A stretch of DNA of 64,000 nt from Felis catus. Its lineage: Eukaryota. The notes under the pieces are model-generated. The model saw nothing but the letters and a program-made list of their open reading frames with translations. It did not search any database and was not told the DNA's origin. The translations under genes and the position numbers were made by a program. How positions within the stretch are numbered: the first letter of the stretch is position 1; each line of letters opens with the position of its first letter. This document shows positions 12,909 through 25,279 of the stretch, piece by piece. The stretch covers positions 37,264,001 through 37,328,000 of the forward strand of contig NC_058368.1 in assembly GCF_018350175.1 (NCBI RefSeq), read 5' to 3'.

Positions 12909-13312
12909 ATAAAATAGGGCTCAGGAGGCAATAAGGGGGGAGGAATTTATACACGTATTCTCATGGGAGGAACCATGAACTTTGTAATAATCTTTTAGCC
13001 AACTGTAAGCCCCCAGCCTGGACTTAATCAGCCCCATTCTTTACTTCCAAAGGAGCCAATGTGATTTCACAAATTTCCATCCCTCATTTACATATTAACT
13101 CAACCAATCCCAGCTAACCTAGTTTTAATCCCTGTTTTGCATAGAGGATCTGAATGACAACTATACTCATAGCCTTTTGCCTATGTGACTCTGCCTCCAT
13201 TTTTTCTTTCTGGAAACACAATTCAGGTTTCTTCTTGAATCTGTTTCTCTTAAATTTCAATTATAAATTGCCAATTAGAATTGCCTGATTAAATGCCAAT
13301 TCTTGGTCAACA
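12909..13312 (+). mobile_element. Old ERV1-class LTR remnant
   Basis: CCAAT boxes, cttcttgaatctgtttctc R/U5-like segment, ggtcaaca end. Confidence 0.5.
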
Positions 13313-13543
13313 TCAAATACCTTCTTTCTGTAATCCCATACCTAAAATCATAGTAATTAGCAGAGTTAGAATTCAATTCAGAGCTTCCACTTTTTATTTT
13401 TGTCTTTTCTCTCTTTATTTTGAAATAGTTATACCATAAAACATAAAATCTGAAATAAAAACAATTTTATATATATAATAACCGAAATTTTAAAAATGTG
13501 ATGAAACCTCATGCAACTACTGTGCATGTGAATACTCAGTGAA

Positions 13544-13942
13544 TGTCATTAAAAAACAGAATTCAACCACAGAAATTTGAAAATCTAATTGGGTCCATTC
13601 TATGATTTATGAATTGGGCAGCATCCCATCTAGCAAGTAGAGGGGAGCTCTGAGGAACTGTACCATATCAAGATTTTTAAAGGCAGAGAGGAGGTTAAAA
13701 AATGAATTTATTAGCAAGGAATGCATTGTTTGGGGCAAGGTCCTAGCACTCCTAAGGGGAACTGAAGAGACAATCAGGAATTATCTCCTGGTGTTAACTG
13801 GGAAATTCCAGTTTGGTTGGCTAAAGGTTATATTCCTGGGGAGGTTGAAACTGTAGGTAGGTTAGCTATTAAATCTGGGTTTACTGCCATGGGGCCTTAA
13901 CATAAGTGACTCCATTTTGGGCCTGTGATTTTCTTTTTAACA
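13544..13942 (-). mobile_element. Solo ERV1-class LTR
   Basis: TG...TTAACA termini; gactccattttg (reverse complement caaaatggagtc, typical ERV1 LTR start). Confidence 0.7.
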
Positions 13943-14491
13943 GTGTTAACATGCAATTTCATTTGTTGTGAGTATTTTTCCGGACTTTTATAATTCTTTG
14001 GATGCAATTGCTTAAGTCTCCTTTATACTCCATCTCCCCACAGACACTCCATTCCATTCCCTCTTTTGCTTCCTAGAATAAATCATCACTCTGCAGCTTG
14101 TATCTTTCCCAGTCAAGTTTTTAAAAATTCACCATATGTGTGTGCATTCAAAAATAATGCAATGGTATTGTTTTGTGTGTTTTTAAATTTTGTATCATGC
14201 CCGGTGTATCTTTCTGCATATTACTTTTGCTTTCAATATTGTATTTCTGAATTTTATTTATGGTGAATTATAAAGATATAGTTGGTTTATTTTAACTGTT
14301 CTAGAACATAAGCTGTGTGACTATATCCATTCCCCTATTGGTAACACTTAGGTCGTTTCCAGTTTTCTCTATTACAAAAAATGCTGCAATGAACAGTTGT
14401 ATTCATATCTGATTTTGCAAAAGTGCAAGAGTTTCTCCAGAGCTTATATTTAGAATAGAATTGCTGACTAATAGGATATGTACCTCTCCTT

Positions 14492-15028
14492 CTCTATTAG
14501 TTTTTTATTGATGCTGTAATGAATTATCACAAACTGAGTGGCTTAAAGCAACACTTATTTATTATCTTACAGTTCTGTAGACTAGAAGTCTGACACAGGT
14601 CTCACTGAGCTTAAGTCAGTGTTTCCACAGGGCTGCATTTCTTTCTGGAGCTGTAGGAACAATCTGTTTCCTGGCCTTTTCTTGGTTTTACAGGCTGTCT
14701 GCATTCTTTGGCTCATGACTCCCCTCCTCCATCTTCAAAGCTAGCGGTGATGAGTTGAGTCCCTCCCACATTTCATCACTCAGATCTCTCCCATAGTCAC
14801 ATCTTCCTCTGACCATAGCTGGGAAAGGTTATCCACATTTAAGGACTCATATTATTACGTCAGGGCCCGCCAGGTCATCCAGAATAATCTCCCTAATTTA
14901 ATGTCAGCTGATCAGTAACCTTGATTCCATCTGCAAGCTTAATCCCCCTTTGCATGTAACCTAACATATTCACAGGTTACCTGGTTTAGGACACTGACAT
15001 CTTTGGGGTCATTATTCTGCCTACCACA
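14492..15028 (-). mobile_element. MLT1C/D-like MaLR solo LTR
   Basis: tattagtttt...gctgtaatgaattatcacaaactgagtggcttaaagcaacac...cattattctgcctaccaca. Confidence 0.85.
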
Positions 15029-15879
15029 TCAACATTATGCAATATTGCCAAAGAGCTTTCTTAGATATTTGTACCTGCTCTGTTCCCACAAGGACTGGAT
15101 GAGCATTCCCTTTTTTCTATTTCTGGTCAACGTTGAATGTTGTTGGTCATTCATATTTTTGCCGATCTGAAGTCTCTCATTGTTGGTTTAATTTTTATAT
15201 TCTCAGTGAATTATGAAATTAAGCTTTTTATAATATGTTCATTGATGATTTTGGCCTCCCCTTTTAAGAATTGCTCTGCTATCGTTCCTTTTGCTACCTA
15301 ATGCAGCAAAATTGCCTTTTGTTCTCATACTAATTTGAGGAGTTATTTAGGTTAGCTATTAATTCTTGGTAGGTTAGCTGGCTTCTCCCAGACTGTTGCT
15401 TTACTAAAAAATGCATTTACCTGATTTTTGTGTGAGAATTAGAATTTTAATGCAACAAAATTTATTAATCTTTTATAGTTTGTATATTTTACTTTTTGTT
15501 GAAGAAACCATTCCTAATCTGAGGTTGAAGATATTGCCCTGTATTTCTTTAATATTAAAGCAAAAATTTGCCTTAGCACATTTAAGTCTTTAATCCACCT
15601 GGAATTTTCTATGCTGTAAGGCAGGGATCCAATTTTATTTTATTTTCCATATGGATAGCAATTGTTTCAATCCCATATACTGAATTTTCAATCCTTTCCC
15701 CCACGCCTTTCCTCCTTCTGAAAGTCTGCCATTATAACTTGTGGGTGTCCTGATTTCTATTTAAGATATAATCCTTTGTCTTTAACCCCTTATCTGCAGC
15801 TTCTACAACACCCCTAGCCTTACAGACCTTTAATGAATGGTGATCTGCTGTATCTTGACCTGCGTTTTGAGGAGATGGG

Positions 15880-16330
15880 TGTATTAGTTTTGCTGCAATC
15901 ATAAATGACCTCTAATTTTTTTTTTTTTTTTTTTTTGGTTTTGAACACAAAAGCTTTGTCTGTCAATTAGGTTACTTTTATGCATGTCAGTTGCTCCTCT
16001 GCCTCTGCCTCTGCCCCATATGTCTTCTCATTTTTGAATTCAGCCTAAAGCAGGAGAAATTCCCCACTGGGAAGTGCAGTAAAAAGAGGAAGAGAGCTGT
16101 TGGAATGATGCAGTGACTCCCAAAGTCTCCGCTTGGATGTGGACTGCATCCTATCCACTCATCCCCATTTGTTAGAGCAAGTCCCATGACTAAGCCCCAC
16201 GTTGATGGGGTAGGACAGTACCCTCCTTCCGCAGATGACACCGCAGGTCATGTCATACAGAGCAAAGGATGTGGGATTGTCTTTCAGAATGGGAGAGAAT
16301 AATTGGGAAAATAACTCGATTTGCCAGAAT
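15880..16330 (-). mobile_element. Old MLT1 (J/K-like) LTR
   Basis: tgtattagttttgctgca...agcaagtcccatgactaagccc...aataattgggaaaataa motifs. Confidence 0.6.
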
Positions 16331-16593
16331 GAGTATGATTTCATCCCTTGTATTTGTTAATTGTATGTGTTTTAGACACTTGCATATTTGGTATATTTTA
16401 CATTAAAAATAGTAAAGTAACAATCTGTACATGCCAGGTGAAGGACTCTTAATGCAGTAACAGATAGAAAGTGTGAAACAAAACTCGAAGATAGGCATTT
16501 AGGTTACATTCAGAATATCCAGTGGAGCTAATGGTGACATGGTGACGTAAAGTTTAAAGATAAATAAAGAATATTTTTTAGAAATAAAGTTTC

Positions 16594-16800
16594 GGGGCTC
16601 CTGAGTGGCTCAGCTGGTTGAGCGTCTGACTTTAGCTCAGGTCATGATCTCACAGTCCATGAATTCGAGCCCTGCGTTGGGCTCTGTGCTGACAGCTCAG
16701 AACCTGAAGCCTGCTTCAGATTCTGTCTCCTTCTCTCTCTGCTCCTCCCCCATCTGCACTCTGCCTCTCTCTCTGTCTCAAAACTAAACATTAAAAATAT
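16594..16800 (+). mobile_element. CanSINE
   Basis: SINE head and body; the tail has expanded into (GAAA)n. Confidence 0.93.
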
Positions 16801-16801
16801 T

Positions 16802-16855
<54 letters not shown>

Positions 16856-16856
16856 T
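16802..16856 (+). repeat. (GAAA)n tetranucleotide microsatellite
   Basis: About 13 perfect GAAA units in the SINE tail. Confidence 0.95.
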
Positions 16857-18547
16857 TTTGCATATAGATGAAAGGAGTTCAGAGTTCCAGCCAAGATGGA
16901 TGAAGGACAAAGTAAAGGAGGATTTTCATTAAAAGGAGGAGTTGGCTGAACCTGTTATTAATGCAGTGTTAATGAAGCTTAGGGTTTTAAGCTAAAGACA
17001 TAACATGTTAGCTCCATCCTGAATTCATTTTCATAGCTTGTACCGGTTTCCTCTCCATTCTTCTTTAGATCTTTACTCATTGTTTCAGGCCTCCTGAACT
17101 TTTATTTTCCTAAATAGCCACACTCTTTCGTTCCTGCCCAGGTTGTTCTCACTGCCTGGACTTTCCTTCATCTTTTCTGTGCAAAGAGTTAATCCCCCCA
17201 TCCTTCGTTGGCCTTTATATGTATTTTTTGTTATAGCACTTATCACTCAAAGTGTGCTGTGCATCTGTATTTCCACTTACCCACTAATGTCTAGAGGAGG
17301 AACGTAGAGTGTACGATTAGTGAGTGCACTGTGTATCTTACTTTTTTATTTCCTCCAACTTTTCTGCTGAGACTTAACCCGTCATTCAATTTAGTAGCTT
17401 TTAATGGTGGTCACACCATTCAGGTAGTGCTAGCAGAGAGGGACAGAATAATTTTGGGAAAGTGCCACTTCAAGAAAACTTTTGGCCTGAAATCAGCAAT
17501 TTTGTGTCTTAAGTGTTGGTGGTCTGAGTGGTTGTTATAGTCCAAGTCTTTTTCCATCAAGAAAGCAATCAAAACCTTAATTAACTTCAAGGTGCTAGAA
17601 GTTAAAGTCAGAGACACCCATTCATGTTTATCATTGCTGGGCAAGTAATTTATTATTACAATTACTTGAAGCATAAGCAACACCACTGATCAACTGGCTG
17701 GTGATAAAGATTTCACAAACTGTGGCGAACCCTACATTGTTTGATTATAAGATATAAATGTGAAAAATATTTGCTTATGGTTTTCCTAGGGTTTGACCTC
17801 AGTCCTTATTTTTACCGTGATACAATAAAAGATGAGTTACAGAAGTGTTTTCATGACCTGCAAGTGAACCAAATATCGTGGTACATATATTAGAGAGGTA
17901 CACAAAAGAGAACCCATAAGGGGTCTACAAATCCCCATGGAGCAGATTGTTGTACCAAGTGTGTCTATTCAGTGCAGTTTAGGATTATAACATACCAACC
18001 GGGTCATAGGATAAAGCGAGGTAAAGGTAGAAAACTTACACATTTTTTTCCCCCCTCTGGAGGTACCTAACAATCTAAAGCTAACTTAGTTTAGTCATCT
18101 TTCTTACATGGTTCAATATAATATACTTTGATTGAATTTGATGTTGAAGGCTCAGGTCGCTGAATCCGATTTGAGGGGTAGATAGTGTAGACTACTATAT
18201 ATTCACATTTACATGTTTATTTTTGAGGAATTTAGGAAAAGTTAAGTATATTTAGACTTAAAGTGTGAGGATGCTTGAAAATGAAGCATAAAGCAATTAA
18301 GTCTACGGAGGAAAAACAAACCAGAGGTAGTAAACAGAATGGCAACAAAGAGAAGCATTTCAATGTACAAATATGTTGGATGTATTACGCTACATAAATT
18401 TACAAGAGGTAGTAAAACTTTTGTCTTACATAAATTGTTTATAAAGTACTAGAATTCATAAAAGTATTGTAGGCCTTTTTTTTTACTTTAGTTTACTTCT
18501 TTTTTTCATATATTGTACTAATTAATTTCTTTATAACTACCCAATAT

Positions 18548-18666
18548 CTAAGCCCATTTCAATTTAGGTGAAATCTTACATGAATCCTTGTGTGGGGTAG
18601 AGTCCTCATTTCCCATGGTAGTTGAGTAGAGTCGGCCATTTTCTGTCTCTTCCAATGGTCCATACC
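18548..18666 (-). other. Candidate exon of an unidentified gene (87-nt internal exon 18580-18666, or terminal exon reading to TAG at 18548)
   Basis: Acceptor ttcttttcatcatcag|GG, donor CAT|gtaaga; two frames open across the 87 nt; non-repetitive; AATAAA on the minus strand at 18216-18221. Confidence 0.4.
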
Positions 18667-18831
18667 CTGATGATGAAAAGAATTGTTTGCTACGGATAAC
18701 TCAGACATTCTGTGCTATGCATTTCTATGTCTTAAAAGAAACAATAAAGAAATTATTAAATAGATAAGGATTGCCATGATACTGAAGAGAATCAGTTGGC
18801 AGTCAATGCAGGGCTCCTTTCTGCCAAGATC

Positions 18832-19290
18832 TGTGAATGGTCTGAGATTTTTACCTATTGTCAAGTTAACAGGGTAGTCTGCTACAGTTTCAGGGATGCT
18901 GGTAAAAGATATAACACTTCTGCATCAGAGAAAAAGGACAGTTTTTCACTCACAGGAACAAGGCAGTTTATTGCTCACAGCAATAGCAGTAGCCCAAGTA
19001 CTATTACTGTTGCTTGTTTCTTGAGTCCCAGTTTCTGCAGGGCTACGTGAAGAATGTTCAATGACACTTGTATTCTCAGTGAGATGCATGATAGGCTATG
19101 AGCATTGGGACTCTGAATCTTTCATGGGCAATAAGCATATCTGCTGTTTGCTCCAGAGGGAAGCACGATCCAACTCTGTCTTGTAAGGGGATTCACTACA
19201 CAAACAACCTTCGATGGAGAGGAGTCTGTGCCTTGCTCACAAAACCTACAGACATTTGATAGACTGATAGAAATTTTTTGTCACCCAACG
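18832..19290 (-). mobile_element. LTR40-like ERVL solo LTR
   Basis: tgtgaatggtctgagattttt...agtttcagggatgctgg...tttattgctcacagcaatagcagtagcc matches the recalled LTR40 consensus; homologous to 35887-36392. Confidence 0.75.
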
Positions 19291-19789
19291 CTCATAGGTT
19301 ATGATTTATTCCATTTTATATCATCTATGCCTTGGAATATTACAATCTTAGGATATAACAAGAAAGAAAACTTTATTCTGGATTTTTTTTTATAGTTTTG
19401 TATTGGTGCTACTATTCTTAAGGAGAAAATATTTATCAGGCATAAAAAACATCAAATTTAAATCCCATTTACATTTCTCAGGATGAAAAATGGTAAAGTG
19501 CTCTGAGTTTATAACTCTCAATGAAGATTATCATATATATGTTTCATAATTATTTTATGGGTATTAAAGCTAATGACAATAAAAGGGCAAATCTAGCTTG
19601 TGTTTCAAAGACTAATCAGTGACTAACTTAGGCCTTGTGACTTAGTAAGAGTTTTGTTTTATTGTTACAATGCTGGGTTTATAGCAAGCAAGCATACTTG
19701 TTGAAAATTAATTTTTAAGATTTCCCCCCATATTCATTGTGGTATATCCATTGTTTTAAATGCACACACCGAAGTATGTTTTCCTATTT

Positions 19790-20250
19790 TTTTCCTTTGA
19801 CAATGCCATTTCTGTGGCATTAGCAACCGAATGATGTATTTTTTTTCCATTTTCATGAATAATAGTGACAATGGCATTAGTACCAGATACACAGCGGCTC
19901 TGATAATATATAATCTGACCTTTATCTCTAACGTGATCAGCATGGGCTGCCACCCTTCCTGCTGTGACAAAACAGCTGTTTTGATAACGGACTGCAATCC
20001 ATCATCACACGTGCCTGATGCAGCAGAGCTGAACTGTTTTCAGGCTTTCTCTCACAGAAGACTATTTCACTCTGGGTACTGGTAGCTAATGTTTGTCTCG
20101 TTCTATATGGCTTTTGAGGGAATCTGATGGAATTATGAATGAAGCAGATTGACAATGTATGTGCAAGCCTAATTTCAAAAAACATATGTAAAAAACTGTG
20201 TTGTGAACCAAAATGAAACGTAGGGAGCTGGTTTGAGAAATTTAGAATGA
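19790..20250. promoter_or_regulatory. Candidate conserved non-coding enhancer
   Basis: Unique block with several retained CpGs, three GATA sites, two E-boxes, CACCC and ETS motifs within about 115 bp. Confidence 0.35.
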
Positions 20251-20822
20251 ATGTCCTAGATACCAAAGTTAGAAAATCTAATGTCATTTTCCATGCTTGT
20301 TAGGCTCTACTATTAGTCTTATTAAACTCGTGGTAAAACTGAGTACCAGTAGAAAACGGTGTCTTCTAAGACATAAAATTAAAGCACAGGGAGAAATATT
20401 GAACTAAAAATGCCATTTTATTTATTTTTATTTTTAATACGTGGGGAAAATGAGAACTCTGAGAATCTGAGAGATCATTATGCCCAAGCTCATTGTTTTG
20501 TGGATTCAGAAGCTAACGTGTAGAGGCGTTAAGTGATGTTTCTAACATCCATGGTGGTACCAGAGTAGAGTCTTGGGTCAGTAACTGGTTAGAAAAAAGT
20601 TAGGAAAAAGTGGTGTGATAGAAGGCCACTCATACAGCTAGGAGAAGAGGCATGAGAGCCTCTAAGAGCCAGCTCTCCTCAAGGCAGAGGAGGCAAGGCT
20701 TTAAATGACTTATCTGTCGAAATACCCAATATATTTACGATTGCTGATAACTGTATATACACAGTCCAATCAGAACCTAGCAATGTTTTTGTGGTGCCAG
20801 TACAATTACTAATTCATAGTAT

Positions 20823-21435
20823 TGTAACCATACGAACTTAGGTTCTCTCTTTGGTGAGTCAGAAACTGCACCAGGTTGACTTGTCCCACAAAGAAAAGTT
20901 TATTTGCAGCCAATAAGGAGATCCCAAGGAATGGCTTCCAATGCCGTGACTGCTTGAGCAAGCATGAATGGGTTCCTTTTATTTAGGGTTAGGATGAATA
21001 TTTAGACAGGGAAGACTTGTCATCATATGTAGAGGCAGGCATAAGGTTGCATATGCGCCTTAAGGAAACATGCCTATACACACATTGCATGTTATGTAAG
21101 TGAAGCTTGTGCTCCTCCTTTGGGGGGAGATACTAGTATTATAATGAGATAAAGGTGGTCAGCAGTCATCCTGGAGGTCACTCATGGTCCATCTGCACTG
21201 TCACAAGTCAGGGGTTAAGCTCACTGATCTGAGTGGTCTGGGCCAGCTAGAGGTCTTGACAGGGCCGTCGCTATTACTCGGCTGCAGGGGGTTTGGGAGT
21301 GGGGTGGTTTTGCTTTCCATTGGCCCGAGTTGAGGGATAGGCTCGAAAGGAGTTTAAGGAAAAATGTGGGATAAAGGTTAGTGAGTACAAGCAGGTGGGA
21401 AGTAAAGGTCAGGTCTTGGGGTCTAGCTGGTGACA
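20823..21435 (-). mobile_element. Solo ERV1-class LTR
   Basis: TGTAACCA...TGGTGACA terminal inverted repeat; TSD gtat/gtac; tttatt near the left end. Confidence 0.8.
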
Positions 21436-23418
21436 GTACTACCACAGCCGTGACTTCACCTTGATTTTTTTGCTGTAGTATTTTAAACTGCCATCTTGTA
21501 AGTAAGTAGGCTTTTAAAGAGCTGAATGAGGGAATTCTTTTTAAAATGTTAAATAGGGAAATTTCAGCTGATAGCTTTTTTTTTCCTTCCCTTCAGCAAT
21601 TTTTCTTCTAGCAAGTAGATGCATTTATAATCATTTCTTTGACCTTAAGGCCACTGAAAGCATGGTGGCAACTGATCAGTACTTTCATGTCACTGATGAT
21701 ATGATAGTGTTTCTTCAGCTGAAAAGCCAATTATTTAGCTACTCTCTTCATCACAAGGCAAAGTGTCTCCTTCCAGCTCAGCTGAAATGATTTATTAATT
21801 ATATTTCTTTATATATCTAAAATTCTTGACATCTTGTTTGATATTACCTTCACCTGCAAAACCTTCTGGGTACAAATGTGTGTGGAAAAGCAAACGGATT
21901 TACATACATTTTCCATGCACTGATGTGAATGGAGGCTATTACTCCTGGTGGTCTCAATTAATTAATGAGGTAATAGGAGAAAATGATGGTTTGCTATGAT
22001 GTTATACATGTACCCATTACACAGACACAATTTACTCCATGTCTTATATTTATACCTATTTATTTTGTTTTCCCTTTGCTTTTGTGCTTAACAAACATAG
22101 ACCACACTTTCTAACACTTTGTACTGAGTACTTCTCATACTTCTAATTCCCTTAAAGTTCCTTCTCAGCATTGTAATCCATATACTAGGAACAATTTCTA
22201 AATTATGTCCACTTTTGCTATAAATTATAAGACTGCACCTGTTTCTGTCAAAGTGTGCTTCTATTCACTACAAGTTATACTTTGGCAAACTACTGAGGAC
22301 AAAGTTTACTTAAATGTTTTTTGACTTTGTCAGTTAATAAGCATCTAGTTTGGAACACATTTAATACTATTTTCTTCTCTCTCCTTTATCCCACTCTAAT
22401 TTTCAAAAGTTCCTAATTTTGATGTCCTATTTCATGATGAAGAAAAGTGCACTTAGTTATGCAGTTTTTAGTATTGGAAGGAATCCCTCATCACCACCAA
22501 GCAACCTGAGATTTCTGTTGATTTTTTGTTCGTTTGTTTTACATATTTGTTTCCTTGCTTTTTTGATTTTCAAGCTTATTGAGATAATTACCACATAATA
22601 CTGTGTAAGTTTAAGGTTTACAATGTGATGATTTGACTTATGCATATACTGAGAAATTATTAACAAAATAAGGTTTGTTAACATTCCCATTACCTCACAT
22701 AGTTATCATTTTGTGTGTGGGTGTACTAATAACTTTTCAGATTTACTTTCTTAGCAACTTTGAAGTATACAATACAATATTGCTAACCATGGCCACCATG
22801 CAGTACATTATATTTCCAGATCTTATTTGTATTACAACTACATATTATAACAATTGGACTACCTGAACTTCTCCTCTCTTTCCCCAACAACCAAGCTACT
22901 CTCTGTAGAATTCACCAGTGAAATCTTCTGGTTCTGGGTTTTATTTGTTGAAAGCTTTTTGATTACTAATTCAGTTATCTTATCATTACTGGTCTGCTCA
23001 GGTTTTCGGTTTCTTCATGAGTCAGTCTTGGCCTATTGCATGTTTCTAAAAACTTATCCATTTTTGCTAGGTTGTCCAATTTGTTGGTGTGTAATTGTTC
23101 ATAGTTTCATATGGTCCTTTGTAGTTCTGGGATATCTGTTTTAATGTCTCTCCTTTAGTTATAAATTTATTGATTTGAATCCTCAATCAAAATTTCTTGA
23201 TTAGTCTACCTAATTTTTTGTCAATTTTCTTTATATTTTAAAGAAACAACACTTAGTTTTTAAAGTATTTTCTGTTATTGTTGTTTTCCTATTCTCAATT
23301 TCATTTATTTCTGCTCTAATCTTTGTTATTTCCTTCCTTCTGCTAACATTGGGCTTAGTTTGTTTTTCTTTTTCTAGTTCCTTGAGGTGTAAAGTTTGGT
23401 TGTGTATTGGAGATTGTT

Positions 23419-23636
23419 CTTTTTTTTTTTAATTTTTAATGTTTATTTATTTTTGAGACAGAGAGACAGAGCATGAGCAGGGGAGGTGCAGAGAGAGAGG
23501 GAGACAGAATCTGAAGCAGGCTCCAGGCTACAAGCTGTCAGCACAGAGCCTCATGTGGGACTCAAACTCACAAACCATGAGATCATGACCTGAGCTGAAA
23601 TCAGACATTCTATTGACTGAGCCACCCAGATGCCCC
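23419..23636 (-). mobile_element. CanSINE inserted in L1
   Basis: SINE body; TSD gagattgtt on both sides. Confidence 0.93.
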
Positions 23637-23654
23637 TGAGATTGTTATTCATTC

Positions 23655-23843
23655 TTTTTTTTTTTTTTGAAAAAGTGAAAGAGAGTGTCAGTGGGGAAGA
23701 GAGGCAGAGAGAGAAAGAGCCTCAAGCAGGGTCCACATTCAGCACAGAGCCCGACATGGGGCTTGATCCCATAACCCTGGAATCATGACCTGAACCGCTA
23801 TCAAGAATCGGATGCTCAACTGACTGAGCCACCCAGGTACCCC
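23655..23843 (-). mobile_element. CanSINE (different subfamily) inserted in L1, no clear TSD
   Basis: SINE body ending gagccacccaggtacccc. Confidence 0.9.
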
Positions 23844-25065
23844 TCTTAAGAACATTTTTATTTTAAAATCTCTTTTTATGGTATAAATATTGCTACCCCT
23901 GCTTTCTTTTGGTTATCATTTGCTTGTGATATCTTTCTCTATCCGTTTACATTCATTCTATGTGTGTCCCTAAAGCTAAAGTTAGTTTCCTATATCCATC
24001 ATTTCATTGGTTCTTGTTTTTTCATCCATTCAGCCATTCTATATCTTTTGATTGGAGAATTTAATTCATTTATACTTAAAATAATTATTGATAGATAAGG
24101 ACTTACAATTGACATTTTGTTAATTGTTTTGTATCCTAGGTATTTTGTTTCTTGCTTCCTCTCTTGCTGTCTTCTTTTGTGATTTGATGACTTTGTGGCT
24201 GTGTGCTTTGACTCCTTTATCAAAATCTTTTCTGAATCTACTACAGGTTTTTCCTTTCTGTTTACCAGGGGGCTTACATAAAATGTATTTATAACATTCC
24301 ATTTTAAGCTCATAACAACTTAATTTGTATAGCATACAGAAAACTTTATACTTTTACTTCTCCTACCTCATAGTGTAGGTTATTGACATTATAGTTTATA
24401 TCTGTTTCATATTGTGCATCCAGTGACAAATTTTTATAGTTATAGTTGTTTTTAATTCATTGGTTTTTGAACTTTTAAACTAGAGTTGTGATTGATACAC
24501 CACCATTATAATATTACAGAATATGACTTTGACTCTATGTTTACCTTTACATATAAGTTTTACACATTCATGTTTCTATAATGTTTAATAGCATTCTCTC
24601 ATTTCAACTTGAAGTTTGCTCTTTAGCCTTTCTTGTAAGACATGTCTAGTTGTGAAGAACTCCTTCACTGTTTTCTGGGAAAACCTTTGTCTCTCCTTGA
24701 TTTCTTAAGAACCGTTGTGGCAGTATAGTATTCTTGGATGACAGCTTTGTTCTTTCAGTATATTGAATATATCATCCCACTCTTTCCTGGCCTGTAAAGC
24801 TTCTGCTGAGAAATCTACATACAGTCTTATGTGATGAGTTGTTTTCTCTTGCTGGTTTTAAATTCTCTCTTTGTTCTTGACTTTTGACAATTCAATTATA
24901 ATGTATTTCATTGTAACCCTTTTCTAATTCAACCTACTTGCATTCTATTGGGCCTCATGAATCAAGATGTTCATTTCTTTTCCCAAGTTTTTGGAGGTTT
25001 TCAGCCATTACTGCTTTAAATAGACTTTCTGTCCCTTTATCTTTATCTTTTTCTTCAGGATTCTC

Positions 25066-25279
25066 TTTAAAAAAATTTAATGTTTATTTCTTTCTGAGAC
25101 AGAGAGAGACAGAGCATGAGAGGGGGAGGGGTAGAGAGAGAGGGAGATCAGAATCAGAAGCAGGCTCTAGGCTCTGAGCTGTCATCACAGAGCCGATGCA
25201 GGGCTCAAACTCACAGACCATGAGATCATGACCTGAGCCAAAGTCCGATGCTTAATCGACTGAGCCAACAAGGTGCCCC
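25066..25279 (-). mobile_element. CanSINE inserted in L1 ORF1
   Basis: SINE body; caggattc flanks both sides. Confidence 0.93.

Larger units (their letters stand above)
13390..15720 (-). mobile_element. Ancient L1M (L1ME-like) 3' fragments interrupted by an LTR and an MLT1
   Basis: atccattccc...ggtcgtttccagtttt...aatgctgcaatgaac; tttaagtctttaatccacctggaattt are degenerate L1 3'/ORF2 motifs. Confidence 0.6.

Noticed and set aside
17790..17880. Plus-strand exon candidate (FDLSPYFYRDTIKDELQKCFHDLQVNQIS)
   Set aside because: Weak donor (gtacat), unrecognised peptide, length compatible with chance
18667..18785. C/D-box snoRNA (ATGATGA ... CTGA)
   Set aside because: No terminal stem or recognisable rRNA guide; the motif is the antisense of the candidate splice acceptor
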